The position numbers were made by a program, and so were the translations under genes. A model generated the notes under the pieces. That model had not been told where the DNA came from and did not search any database. It saw only the letters and a program-made list of their open reading frames with translations. A stretch of DNA of 48,808 bases, the filler included, from Sphacelaria rigidula (Eukaryota): assembly GCA_964200075.2 (NCBI GenBank). It is 3 parts of 3 records of this genome, joined end to end, with 100 filler letters (N's around TTAATTAATTAA, not from the genome) between each part and the next. Parts side by side here need not be neighbours in the genome. Positions count along the whole stretch, not along the records: positions 32,607 to 48,808 come from CAXNAA020001446.1; 2 more parts are not named here. One strand, given 5' to 3'. Below are positions 32,850 through 44,469 of this stretch, piece after piece. Positions within the stretch are counted from its first letter, which is position 1. Each line of letters begins with the position of its first letter.

Positions 32850-35050
32850 AATTTTCCAGAAAACAAAATAATTTAGAAGGTCAGGATTCTCTTGAGCATA
32901 CGGTATGTGAAACCTCCAGAAAGCACATCTTCCTCTGGAGGAAACCAAGCCCTACAGATGATTGCAGAGGACTGCAAATACTCTCGAGCAAGCAACAGAG
33001 ATCAAAACAGAGCATTAGGAAGTACCCTGAGGGCTGAAAAAACATTCCTCCGGTGGATGCGAGCCAATCGGCCACGTGTTCCGCCGCAAATATCCATCGC
33101 AGTAGCGACGACATTAAACTGCGACGATCGCGCTACAATAGCGATGCATATGATCACCTATTCATGGAGATATGAGCACACCCAACAGACTTTCACGTTG
33201 ACAATGAGAACGCCCCCCTTTCTCCCTCAGTTACGGCTCGATTGTGACACAAGGAAAAATGCTACACGCCTGCTGGCTGAAAGTTGTGTTTTGCAGACGG
33301 TAGCCGTCCATGTTCACCCACCGCGTGATTGAAGAAAAAAGAAGTGATGGAGAATCTTACGAAGAATCGGGAGATTGGGAGTTGTTCTAGGACCGAGTGT
33401 GCGGAAGTGTGAACCAGGCGAAGACTCGGTAATATGGACAAAACTCGGTTCGAGCGAAATGGCTGCTACAATCCTGCTTCTGCCACGATGAACGCGCACT
33501 CCTCTCTATCTCTCTCTCAACCGCTTGCGAGGAGCGCTAGAACTTGCGTGTAGCACGGTGGCAGCAAGGTACGCTTGTAACAAAAAAGTATGTGTGCTCA
33601 ACAACATCGCAGTGGGCTTGGATTTCGATATTTCGTAGCTTCGTGTGAAAGGGCGATAGACTGCAACACCCCGGTCATTACTGTAGCGTTTGCTTGAGCA
33701 CCGGGACATGACATCAGCCGTTGCTCTTAAACTCACGTAAACCGCAGTTAGCTTGTCTAGGTTCAGTAGTACACCTTCTGCGTGAATACGCTGGCTCCTA
33801 TCGTACACTCGTTGTCCACGATGTATCAGGGGAAGGCGGCTCTTCAATGCTCATCTACTTTCAGAGCATGGTTGACACTAGAGTGAGTAGTGAGCGCACC
33901 AGGGTATCAATTCCACCATGTAGAATGCTCGTCTCGCCCTACACACTTCACAATTTCGAGTCTTACCAAAGATTTGAAGATTCGACAATGTCGACGTTTT
34001 TCAACCTCGGAACAGCGATTGTTTGGCAAAAAGGTGAAAAGAAAAACACGAAACGGGGGAATAAGCTGGGTCAGCGGAGAACTCTCATTGAGGGTTGAAC
34101 AGCTCTGCCTTGCCTCATTTCAGGGGTTTGAAGCTGAAACTTTGACCCGAGGTTTATGCTACCTATACGCGCAAGTATGAAAAGTAGTCAATACAAAACC
34201 AGCTCACGGAGAGTTACTATGAATTGAATGCTTTGAAAGAGAACAGGAAACATCATAACCCGATGAAAAAAACACTCTGAGCTCGTTCAAGGATTTTCAA
34301 CTTGCCCGTAGCGGGTTCCCGTAGAATTTCGGCTCAAGACTCGTAAAATTGGGCAGGTTGTTCTAGTTTATTTTTGGTGCGATACCGCTATCCCCTGTGG
34401 TCCATAGCCCATTATTGTCGACACTGTTTTCTCAGATATGTCAAAAAATATTCAGAGTCTCCGGACCCTGGGTCAAGACTTATCCGAGAATGAAGCGGTT
34501 TGATTTTCTTGTCAAAGATTCATTTTTGGAGAAGTCCGCAAAATTCGGACTACAGCGCAGCTATCGGGAGAGCTATCCTGCGAATACGCCGTGGTACTCT
34601 TGAGCATTCGAGAATTATCAGGTACCTTGCCAGTCCCGACAGTTTCGGAGATGCCCACATAATTGTGCTGATCATAATGGGCCTGACTGGTACATGATCT
34701 CTTCGAGGGGGTGGAAGCTCACGAGGTCGAGTCTCGACGTTAATGCTCTTTTTAGCAGAATCTGATTCCCACGTTGAAGACACTTCTGATGCAGTATCTC
34801 ATCTTCGTATGTTTTTAGTGGCAGAGCGTGATCAACAGGTTGGTCTATAATTCACAGCGATGTAATTACGTTGAGTGGATTCGGGAATCTGAAAACGCTA
34901 TCGTATGCCAAAGGGATACGGGTTTCTCGCCTTGACCAGCTCGTAGACACTTCAAGACACGGGGCATTGTTGCGAATAATGTCATTCGCATGGTCGTAAC
35001 ACACAGTTTCGTACATCCTGTGATTGATGGGGGGTGACGTCGTAGTGTGC
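32850..35050 (-). mobile_element. Degenerate Penelope-like retroelement (RT + GIY-YIG)
   Basis: Minus-strand motifs in canonical order: RDHVPVRPIMIS...SPKLSGLARYL at about 34620-34705 (cf. KxxxPLRPIIS...SPxYxLAKYL), SSPLTQLI near 34060-34085 (cf. GSPLSPxI), VAVYRPFT near 33645-33667 (cf. VYRKPT), DICGGTRGRLARIH near 33050-33095 (cf. YIGETxRxLxxR). Many stops and frameshifts. Confidence 0.55.
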
Positions 35051-37409
35051 AGAGAGTGTGGTCGTCGCATTGAAGGGTCATATCCTTGCTCTCGATTTTA
35101 TACTACGAGAAATATGATCGAATATCCGTATCCCTGGTCTGACCAGTATCGGTAGTAGCCGAGTTTTGAGGATCTCGTAACACGTGAAGAGTGTCTCAGT
35201 CAACCTGCCCTGCGCGGCCTTCGAAAGATATAAAGGGAGGTCGCCATCTTGACGAGAGAAACGCGATCACCGGGCCGCAAGTCGCGATTCAAAGAAATAC
35301 AAATAGCCGCGCCGCGTCGCACCGATCGCTGTAGGAAGATTGTGGGCACACAAACAATACCGTGCATCAGCATCAGCAACCTGTCTACGACAACGAAACC
35401 CGGTACGCACGTGTAAGATGTACTGTAGACTACCGCCGAAGAAGTTTCGGCATCATTCGATTTGATTTAAATTTATTCAATTAACGTGAACGAGAGCGCG
35501 CTTGCACCATAGTGAGTGAGCAATCGGGGTTCGTTGCGGTAGGCGGTGCGCTTGGTGCCCTAGCGCGGCCGATGTCTCGTAACACGAGCGATACAGTGAA
35601 CAAAGCGTTTGAGACAAATCGGTACCTTGGTACATTGTGGCCTTTGAAGTCACACCGGCAAAGTGTATTGTGGCCAATCTTCAATCCTCATTTGGGCGGT
35701 GAAGCTGTTTCGCCATATCTACTGTATAGAAAACATAGGCCCCGACCTGGAAGTGGAACTCAATACAATGAGGTAAGGACAAGCAGCATTAGCACCAGCA
35801 TAGAGGTATGGTATGATACGGTATAATCAGTGCAGCATCACAACTAGTAGAGACGTGGTTGATGGTGGGCGTGAGCCACATTCTTGTAACGTTGTCTTCA
35901 TAACATCTTATTAAGGGTTGGGTACGACGGTAGTGAAACGAACCAGGGTTCAAATCACAGTCTCGAGAGCGAGAACTTCACAATGAAAGTGTTTGCGGAA
36001 AGATAACTAGCGGGTAGAAATTTAAATGATTAGTGTACCGAAATGTTCCTCTGTGACTAAGGCGTGGGTGACGGCGTTCTCGAAATATGCAGTCAGTTCT
36101 ATAGTACTGTAGTCAAATGATCAACAGTTATACAAAAGAACAAGAACGGGGCCGCTGAGGGAAATGAACACTGAGAACAGTTGCCGAGACATGACTCTGT
36201 CGTCGAGCGTAAACACTGTAGCTGCGGTGTCCGTCTCTCCTCCTACCAGGTCAGCTTCAGCAGATGATATCGTCGTCGGTAGCAGTTTTGTACTTGACAG
36301 AAGCTAGTCTTGTAGCGCAGAGCGCCAGAAATTCTCAAGCTCACTCGAAACTCATGAACGTTGACTGACATTATGGCAGAGATCAGGTATTTGAGCGCGA
36401 TTGGGTTTCTTCACCTCCAAGCTACGGAGTAAGCTCTGCACTCACCCTCACACACACGCACCAAGGCAGCACTTCAATTCAGGACGTGTTGACCAAGAGG
36501 CAAGAAAATTATGTCTTTTGGATGCCTCGCCTGCACCCTCGTATTGTAGGTGATGGTTTTCAAGACTTTTCACGTGCAGAGCAAGCTCTCACATGGCCAT
36601 CTCTGGAGCAGACGACAATAGTGAAACTCTCGCGTGACCACCTCTGACCCGGGAAACAAAAGTACAAACCCGGACGACAAAAGTGAAGATCTCACATGAC
36701 CGTTCCTGAACCGGTCACAAAAGTGGAGATCCGCATGACCATATTCAAACCCTTTAAATAACATGAACACCTTAAACACGTATGAAGTCGGCCATTTGAA
36801 AAGCCTTGCAATTGTTGTTGTACTCGCAGTGTGGTTTATGCCGACAACTTGTTTGCAAGACGCTAGCGCTTGTACTGAGACTCTCCTTGCACAAGACGGT
36901 CGTTATCCATGGTGTAAGTTCATGACTACGTGTGTCATGGATTGATGGAAGGTGTCGGCAACGTTGCTGTTCACAGTCCATGTGGCAGTGTGCTTCTACG
37001 TTTGCCGCCAGCTACTGTAACGCTGCTGTGTAATGCCGTCTGTAGTGCTGCATGTACGTATTCGAAGCTATGTTATCTCCCTGTTTTGTGACCCATCGGG
37101 AAATAAACTTGGTCGTTGCAATAAGGACGATGCGCGAGGATGAGGCTATTCTTCTCGCTCGCTTATTCGTCCACCCGCTGCTCAGCATCGATGTCGCGAG
37201 GTCAATACTGTACTGTCGTGTGCCGTGCAGTTGCATGCTTAGCAAAGTTGTTGGAAACAACCTTATCCGGCAATGAACCAGCTGGTTCGGTATGATTCCA
37301 ACTACGCAGGCTCTGAGGCATTCAACAGTGCTAATATTTTCCGCGCTGTCTCCTTTATTCTCCGTCTTCTTCCTGTCCTTACCATGCCGCGTAAGCACCA
37401 TAGTTCTAG

Positions 37410-39897
37410 ATGCAAGATCTGGGTGAGGTTGGGGAGGAGATGGAGAGGAGTGCCGGCAACATTGAAAATGTTCAGGCGACGGGTGGGCACGAGGATTTTT
37501 GGGAGGAGCTCGATAGGATAGCGAGCACTATGCCGAAGGTCGAGCCGAAAGTCGAGACGGAGGAGGAGTGTGAAGAACCGCCGGAGGTGACGAAGTTTTG
37601 GCAAGAGGTCATGACCGCGAAGCCGTTATCGCCGCAGTCACGCCGTAAGCATGTCATGACGGATGAGGAAAAGAAGTTTTGGAAGGATATCGAGGCGATC
37701 GAGGTTACGCAAATCGGGAAAGAAGTCGAGACGCAGGAGGAGCGTGAAGAGCGACCGAAGTCCGACAAGGAATTACGGCAAGATAACCTAACCACGGACA
37801 CGTCACCGCCACAACCACTCTGTGAGCTAGACGCGAACCAGGACCGTTGGGACCGTGGAGGCTCCACCCCTCCTCTAGCACCGCTCGACGGCAATGATGA
37901 CCACGGGGCGCCAGAGACCATGGTGGAGGTGAGCGAAGAAAGGATCCGAGCTGTGGGCGTATCGGATAGCTTCTCGATCCGGATCCCCGCGGATAATTGA
38001 CACTAACCCAAGTGGCGCTCGTGATTCGGGTCCCCATGGACACTGGCAAGAAATATACATGTACATATATGCAAATATACTTCCGACGAGTGTCGGAGAC
38101 GACATAGTTCTCATGAGTATTCGCGCCAACGTCACTTTACAGTGATCAGCAGGTATCGTCAGCGTGATGCGAGATGTGGATACCACTCGATGTCTGCGGA
38201 TTCAAGTCCATGCTTACCTCGCAGTGATATCAAAGTCTGCATGCGTATTGTTTCAATAAACGAGGGGAGTGGGCGGGATGGTTCTCGGTGACGCTGGAGC
38301 TATTTGGGAAATCCAGCTTGGCAGAGCGAGACATATCTGATCATTATTACAGCAGAGCTTGCCTGTTTCTACTTTCCCCGGGTGTCACGTTTTTTCGGTC
38401 CGCATTGTACAATCTCTGTTAAGATTTGCAGAATACCCCGAACAGGTGAATACAAGCCGTGCCTTCCAGATGTCGCGCCATGCATATGCTTCGCGTTTGA
38501 TTTAGTTTCCCTTTAACCAACACCTGTATGGTGTCGGCATTGTTTTCATTATTTGGTGACACAGGCTGATAAGGTGAGGGGCACAAAGTGCGACAGCACG
38601 AGTAGCAGCATAAGTGACGCCATGACCGGCAGCAAGCGCTGCACATCGACCAGTACGCTGGAGTGCGTGGCGACAGCATCTGCCGCGTCAGCCGAGACCT
38701 GTAAATCACCGCAGGGCGCTGTTGAAAAGGGACGCAGAGATCTCCGGAGAAAGTTCGACGAAGAACGAGAAGCGAACGATGAACTACAAGAGGAGTTAGC
38801 GTCCCTGCGTACGAAGAACGAAGCGTTAACCGTGAGCGAGGCTTCGCCTTGAATTGGTTGCGACCATCTTGTGCTCGAAAAGATGGATTCCTTTATCATG
38901 CCTGGACGAATACATACATGCGGGCGATTGTATTATGTAGAGCGCTACACGCTTCGTTTGATTTTGAGTCCGAACAAAACGTTTATTTTTGTTAGTGTAA
39001 CCGTTCTGATGCTCATCTTGTGCTTGGGAGCACCTCCGACCGTATCGACCCTTTTGGGGCATGTAACTGGCACTAGTAACGTTGGATTGCTCAATCCAAT
39101 TAATAACGCTTCTGCTGGGAAGCACAGCAGTTCTTGTCGTTGGATCAATGTTTGGATACACGCCCTTACCTCTCGACGTTTGTGAAATATTCAGAGCTTG
39201 GCAAGAGTGTACCCCGTCATGGGAACAACCCATCAACCACAGTTCGATTACAAGGCGCTGAGTGTGATGCAACCAACGATTTTTTCGGTGTGCTATGGAA
39301 GTTTAAGGGAGACATGCATCGCGCAGTATAGTGCATCGCAAAGAATGTGACAGCACGAAGTTGTTTGAGTGACCGACCAAACACTGATCTTCGACATGTA
39401 GCGTGTGATTGGGCACAAGCCAGACGTCTCTTTTCGTTGTAGGATGCTTTTTTTCGTTGTAGCTTCAACCGTAATCTATCTTCAGCAAAATCGTCAAAAC
39501 AGTGTTCTCTCTCTTGTCATCTCATATCAGCGCGATCTGATCCTTAATATTCCGCCACAGCCTATGCATTCAGTGCTTGTGTTCAGTCATTGCTGTCGCT
39601 GTCTCTTAAGATTTCCAATTCGGTCCACTTGGGACATGTCCTATTTAATATGCTACAATGCTAGATGTACAGTCTCTCTCGCCTCATGATATCGAATATG
39701 CTACCTTTGGCTACGGTGCTGGTCCTGAACGACAGGCGAGAAAGCGAGAGCTGCAGGAGGTTTTGTCGAGCAAGCAAGAGCAGCACAAAGCCGAGATGGC
39801 GCCACGGGAGGTTGCTCTTGCACGAGTCCGGCAAGAGAACAGCCGGCTGCGTTCCATGATGCGGATGGTGACGCGCCCCAGTAGCCACCACAGGTGA
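37410..39897 (+). CDS. Gene 3: acidic repeat plus C-terminal coiled-coil protein, about 315 aa. Exons 37410-37928, 38565-38831, 39736-39897
   Basis: tag|ATG at 37410 (start or internal acceptor). Donors GAG|gtgagc 37929 and ACC|gtgagc 38832, acceptors acacag| 38565 and cgacag| 39736, all phase 0. The coiled coil LRRKFDEEREANDELQEELASLRTKNEALT-ARKRELQEVLSSKQEQHKAEM runs continuously across the splice. Confidence 0.75.
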
Positions 39898-40134
39898 TAT
39901 CGGCACTTTCGAGGTTGCAGGCATTGTCATTTGTAGTGCGTTGTCACCAGTCCATTTGGACAAACAGACGGCATGTACCAACACTAGCGGCGTGAACACA
40001 CTTGGAATCAAGTGGAAGCAGTGGACATTCTACCTTCGAAAATGATATTGATCATTGAAGATGAAGTTCAAATCCGAAACATTGCCCTATTCTGACCTAA
40101 AATCATGACAAATGACTTCTATATGGACGACCTG

Positions 40135-40342
40135 ATGTCGCCCGACCCCCCTGAAAAAGGCTTTTGGGGATTTCCCGTCTTCCGTTCCCCCAAAGGATAT
40201 GCGCGAAAGCACCTTTCAGCCTCGATTTTGGGGGTGAACAGAGGGACGCGTTAAGCCCGAAAATGGTGCTTTAGAGCATACCCTCTGGGAAAACGGAAGG
40301 CTTGAAATCCCCCAAAATAATCTCAGGGACGTCGGGGGGCAT
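40135..40342. mobile_element. MITE-like inverted repeat, about 200 bp
   Basis: ccctga..ttttggggatttc..cttccgtt..aaagcacc is mirrored by ggtgcttt..aacggaag..gaaatcccccaaaa..tcaggg. Confidence 0.75.
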
Positions 40343-40579
40343 GAAGCCGTGAATACGAAAGGCATTTGTCGTGCCTTCAGGTTCGAGCATGCATTGTTTT
40401 CGAGGTGAACCTCAGTCTAACGTTTAACCTCATTTTCACACATTATCTCGGAGTGGATCCAGCGGAATGTTGTACAGGACAAGAGGTGGGTCACATTCCT
40501 TTTCCCGCCCGACATTTTTCATTTCAAGTTGTGCAGCAGCAAGGGACTTGAAAAATGACAACATGTTCAAAGAGATTTC

Positions 40580-40943
40580 CTTCTTACACTCCCTAATCGT
40601 AAGCCACAACAGCCATGCGCTATAATGGATCTTCCAACGCCTGTAGCTATTTCGCGGTATACCACCGGTGCCGCTGACAGCACCCCCCTGTGTAGATCAT
40701 GATCACCGTTGGGTCCAGCCAAACTTTCCCGCCTCTTCACTAGCTGCTGGGTGAGATCGTCTGGCACACAAGGAATAACTTCCTGCCACCCCCGAATCGT
40801 GAGCCACAACAACCACACGCTACATTGATCTTCCAACTATGTAGCTTTTACGCGGCATACCACCCGCGCCGCTGACGGCGCCCCCCTCTTGTGTAGGTTG
40901 TGATTGCTCTTGGGTTCAGCCAAGCAACCCCGTCTCTTCACTC
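40580..40943. repeat. Diverged tandem duplication, period about 200 bp
   Basis: aatcgt(a/g)agccacaaca..gatcttccaac..taccacc..gccgctgac..tgtgtag..ttgggt(c/t)cagccaa..ctcttcact occurs at 40580-40742 and 40782-40942. Confidence 0.8.
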
Positions 40944-43322
40944 TCCGCGCTTTTTTTTGCATGAACTCGTTGCGCTACAGCCGAGTAGTCTTGCTTTTGC
41001 CCAAGATACGGTAAATAGCACCCTTTTGTACTCGATGCAAGGGTATGGGGAAATCGTGATTTATCGGCTGTTCTGCAATGAATTGCTCAAGCTAGATAAT
41101 CTGTTGCACAGAATTGTTGACAGCAACAATCGGGACGTTCTCGATCGACCAGAAATGGCAGAGAGTCAACACTTGAGTCTGATGATAGGTTAGAATCTCC
41201 GACGACCGCTACGTACCTCGCTCCGAATGGATTTGGGAACGATACTATGTCAGGGATTCGTGTAAACGTACCGCAGTATCTATTCCTCACCAAAAGTCGG
41301 GATCAAAGGTAGACGGACAAGCCGACGCGGCCCTGGAAAAACCGGATATGGACCGTTGCTGATATTGTTCGCCAATGTGGACACCGTAGAGTGATGCTCT
41401 GAGCTTTTCTTGACAGCAGCAAGAATATGTGGTACATGGAATCCCCGACCCGTGATTAGGCCATATATTGTCGTGGACCCGGCTGGTGGTCCAATTTCAA
41501 GTAGTGTGATCGAGATTCGTTGGTCAACCTGCGCTTACTTTGATCCAATTCTCACGAAAGCCATGGTCATATTACGTCACTTTGATCATGTAAGTTTTCG
41601 ATTTCCGGGGTTGGATGTTCATGAGGTACTTACTTTGCGTCAAAAATGACAGGTGATGTGTACACGTTGCCATTTTGCGTGAATATGACATCAGTATCAA
41701 GACTTCCGCCTTGCATTCAGCGTGCTCACTGCATATCCAGTCGCTCGTCCACACGTTGAGTGATGCGAGAACTTGTCTCCAACGTGGTATTTTTATGTTA
41801 ATATCAAAATTGCCCCGCCGCGATAGTTCTGTGTTTATACTCCGCTGAGCCATACATAGCCCACATACTTCATGACATGTAATTCGTAACACACACCGAT
41901 GTCCGCAGTTGACTCTCGTGCACCAAAACATACCGACACACTCGTAGGAGTGGGCCTACCCGGTCGTCGGGCATGGAGTAAGCCTTACCCGTCATGCTGC
42001 TAACCGTGCTTACGGGTTTGAAGTACTCACATCGCTCCTCACCCATTGCCAAGCGGGGAACGATCGATGTACAAGAGAGTCGATTCCAACTTTCGGGATG
42101 AGAAACGGCTTGCGGGTTGCGAGGATACAGATTACGGCACAACGATATGCAAACACTATACAGGTGAGAACTCCAATGCCCCGAAATAAGCGGCGGGATA
42201 TCTCGTCGCTTCCCCAGCAGATGAAGGTGAATTGCCGATGCTACCCTTCGGCGTGTCTTACCCTGAAAAATTTCCCGGAAATGCTTCTTTTGTGCTCTCT
42301 ATGCTTGCCTCCCTTTTCCCGGGCCTGCAGCGATGGTGACGTGGTGCAGGTGGGCGAGGCTGCGGGGACGCTGGGAGTGGTGGAGCGAGTGCTGGCACCA
42401 CCGGAAAATCTCGCCGCTGACCTCGCCGCTTCGCGTGGTAGCTGCCACACTCTGGCTTCGGTGTGTGGTCGTGGTTGAAGGGAAACGTGACTCTGACAAT
42501 ATTGCTATTACGATGGCAAGTTGGTACATTTAGATGCCGTCGAGGCCTGTTGGATGAAGCTGACAAGGTGGTGGGGACGTGGTGGTATCTTCGAGGAGCT
42601 GAATCGAAGAGGCTCTGTCTGTTTCGACAACGGACCCTCTCAGCGGGCAGTGCCTCTTCTCTTCTACCCCCATCGTCTTGCGGATCCCCCTTCCGTTCCC
42701 ACCTGCTCACCGAGCTCATTCCGGCGAACGGCAGTTTTAGATCTTGCGGTTAGATGGCGTAAGGCCACCTACTGTATGTGCAACATGAATTGTTCAGCCC
42801 TAGTGCTGCCGCGTGGTTTTGTGCTGCGCAGTACAGATGACTTGTCGACATGTGGCCAGACGAAACTGGTGATTTGATAGTAATCGTTTCCCGAGTCGGC
42901 ATGTGACGTGCGCAGCTGAAAACAAATGTCGCGCATAATATGATATCGTGTTGGGCATTTGTCAGCAGCATTACAAGCTAGCATCTGTTGCTTTCGACGG
43001 GTGTTCCCACTTTAGTGTGGATCTTTTCACCTAACGTATGAGATGCCTGCACAAGTTATGACCGACCATAACAGTCGCACGCGGGGTGAATACGATAGCC
43101 ATGCCCACACAAGTGTTTCCCGTTGCACTATTCGAACGTGGTGCTGTCCACAAGAGCCAGTCGAATGGAAAAGAAAAAGTGCTCGGTACAATCGAATATG
43201 CTACAGAGCCCACGTGGGCGGATAGAGTGCTGCAGGTGGCATGTGATGCGTTTTGATCACGATGGCAAGCAAGGTCGCCAAGACCCGACGAGATAGAGGC
43301 GACACGTGTCAATGCAGGGATA

Positions 43323-43459
43323 GTGGGACCGACATACGCTGGAAAACGTTTGTCTAACAAAGGAATGTACTGGGGGGGTTGTCACAACAGAGCTGTTGAG
43401 GCAAAGAACCCTGTACGTTGCTCCGTCCGACAAACATTTGCTGCGTACGTCGGTCCCAC
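43323..43459. repeat. Imperfect hairpin, about 137 bp
   Basis: gtgggaccgacatacgc..tttgtc..tgtac is mirrored by gtacg..gacaaa..gcgtacgtcggtcccac. Confidence 0.75.
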
Positions 43460-44469
43460 GGTCCGTGCAGTTGACTCGTGTGGCCTCTCCCTCATCGTGC
43501 CTTGCTGTTCATCGTGGGAGTTTCATCACGCACTTTTCGCCTGGATCCCGATGGGTCCTGTCAGTTTACAAGCAGCAATACATCTTTGACCAGCTCCCCA
43601 GATCTCGATGACGAGACGAGTCGTTGAAAAACAAAAACGAGAAATGGTCGACCTCTGCAACATGGTTTCGATGGACAAGGTCTCGCGCAAAAGCGCACAC
43701 TGATACCTGTACTCAATCGAAAAACGATAACAACGTGGGAACAGATTAGGGCATCTATTTTGACCTCACCATTGTGGGTATGAAGTTCCCATCCTGAACC
43801 CTACGGAAGCGAGGCACCACACCGCTACTTGTTGTATACACCGGTTGGGAACCCTAACCACACATGGAGACAAAGAGATGGGGAACGGAAAAAAGAGAAA
43901 ACAGAGAAGAAGGAGACTACAGAAGTGATGAAACATACAGAAATCTGAAGGACACAAATAGTAGCGAGTACGAACGAAATTGTGTATGGAATGAGTAGAG
44001 GAGCGCACGTACGTACCGTGCGCTGGCAAACATTGGTCGGGGCGGGATGGGGCGAACGTGGTGATTTGTGGAAAGAGGGTGCTCTTGAGAGAAACATCTA
44101 CAGTGGTCCACTGGAAACGCTACTCCGTCGTTTCATCCCACCCCTTACCTTCTCCATTACAGCGTGCTGTAGGTGACGGGGTGAAACCTCCCTCCCCCCT
44201 TCCGATGCGATATGATTTTTTGCTGCACTCTGAAACTGATTTGTACTTGTGTATCAACCTGCATCAACTCGAAACCTGTCTCGGCCACACCCTCGACGGT
44301 TTCCGTCGCCTGGGAGGATCCCACACGAGACCCTCCAGCAAACGCGAAGCGTAGGGAGTGCGGGGTGTTGGGTATCGAGAAACAATCCTAGTCGGGAACG
44401 ATTCCTAGGAAGGTGTCATGCTCTATAGTCTACATTAATCGCAGCTTCCCGTGTAACGGGGTGTCGTCT

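Noticed and set aside
36163..36280. Possible first exon of gene 3 (MNTENSCRDMTLSSSVNTVAAVSVSPPTR)
   Set aside because: The plausible donors I found are not phase 0, so it does not join the 37410 exon without an unseen exon.
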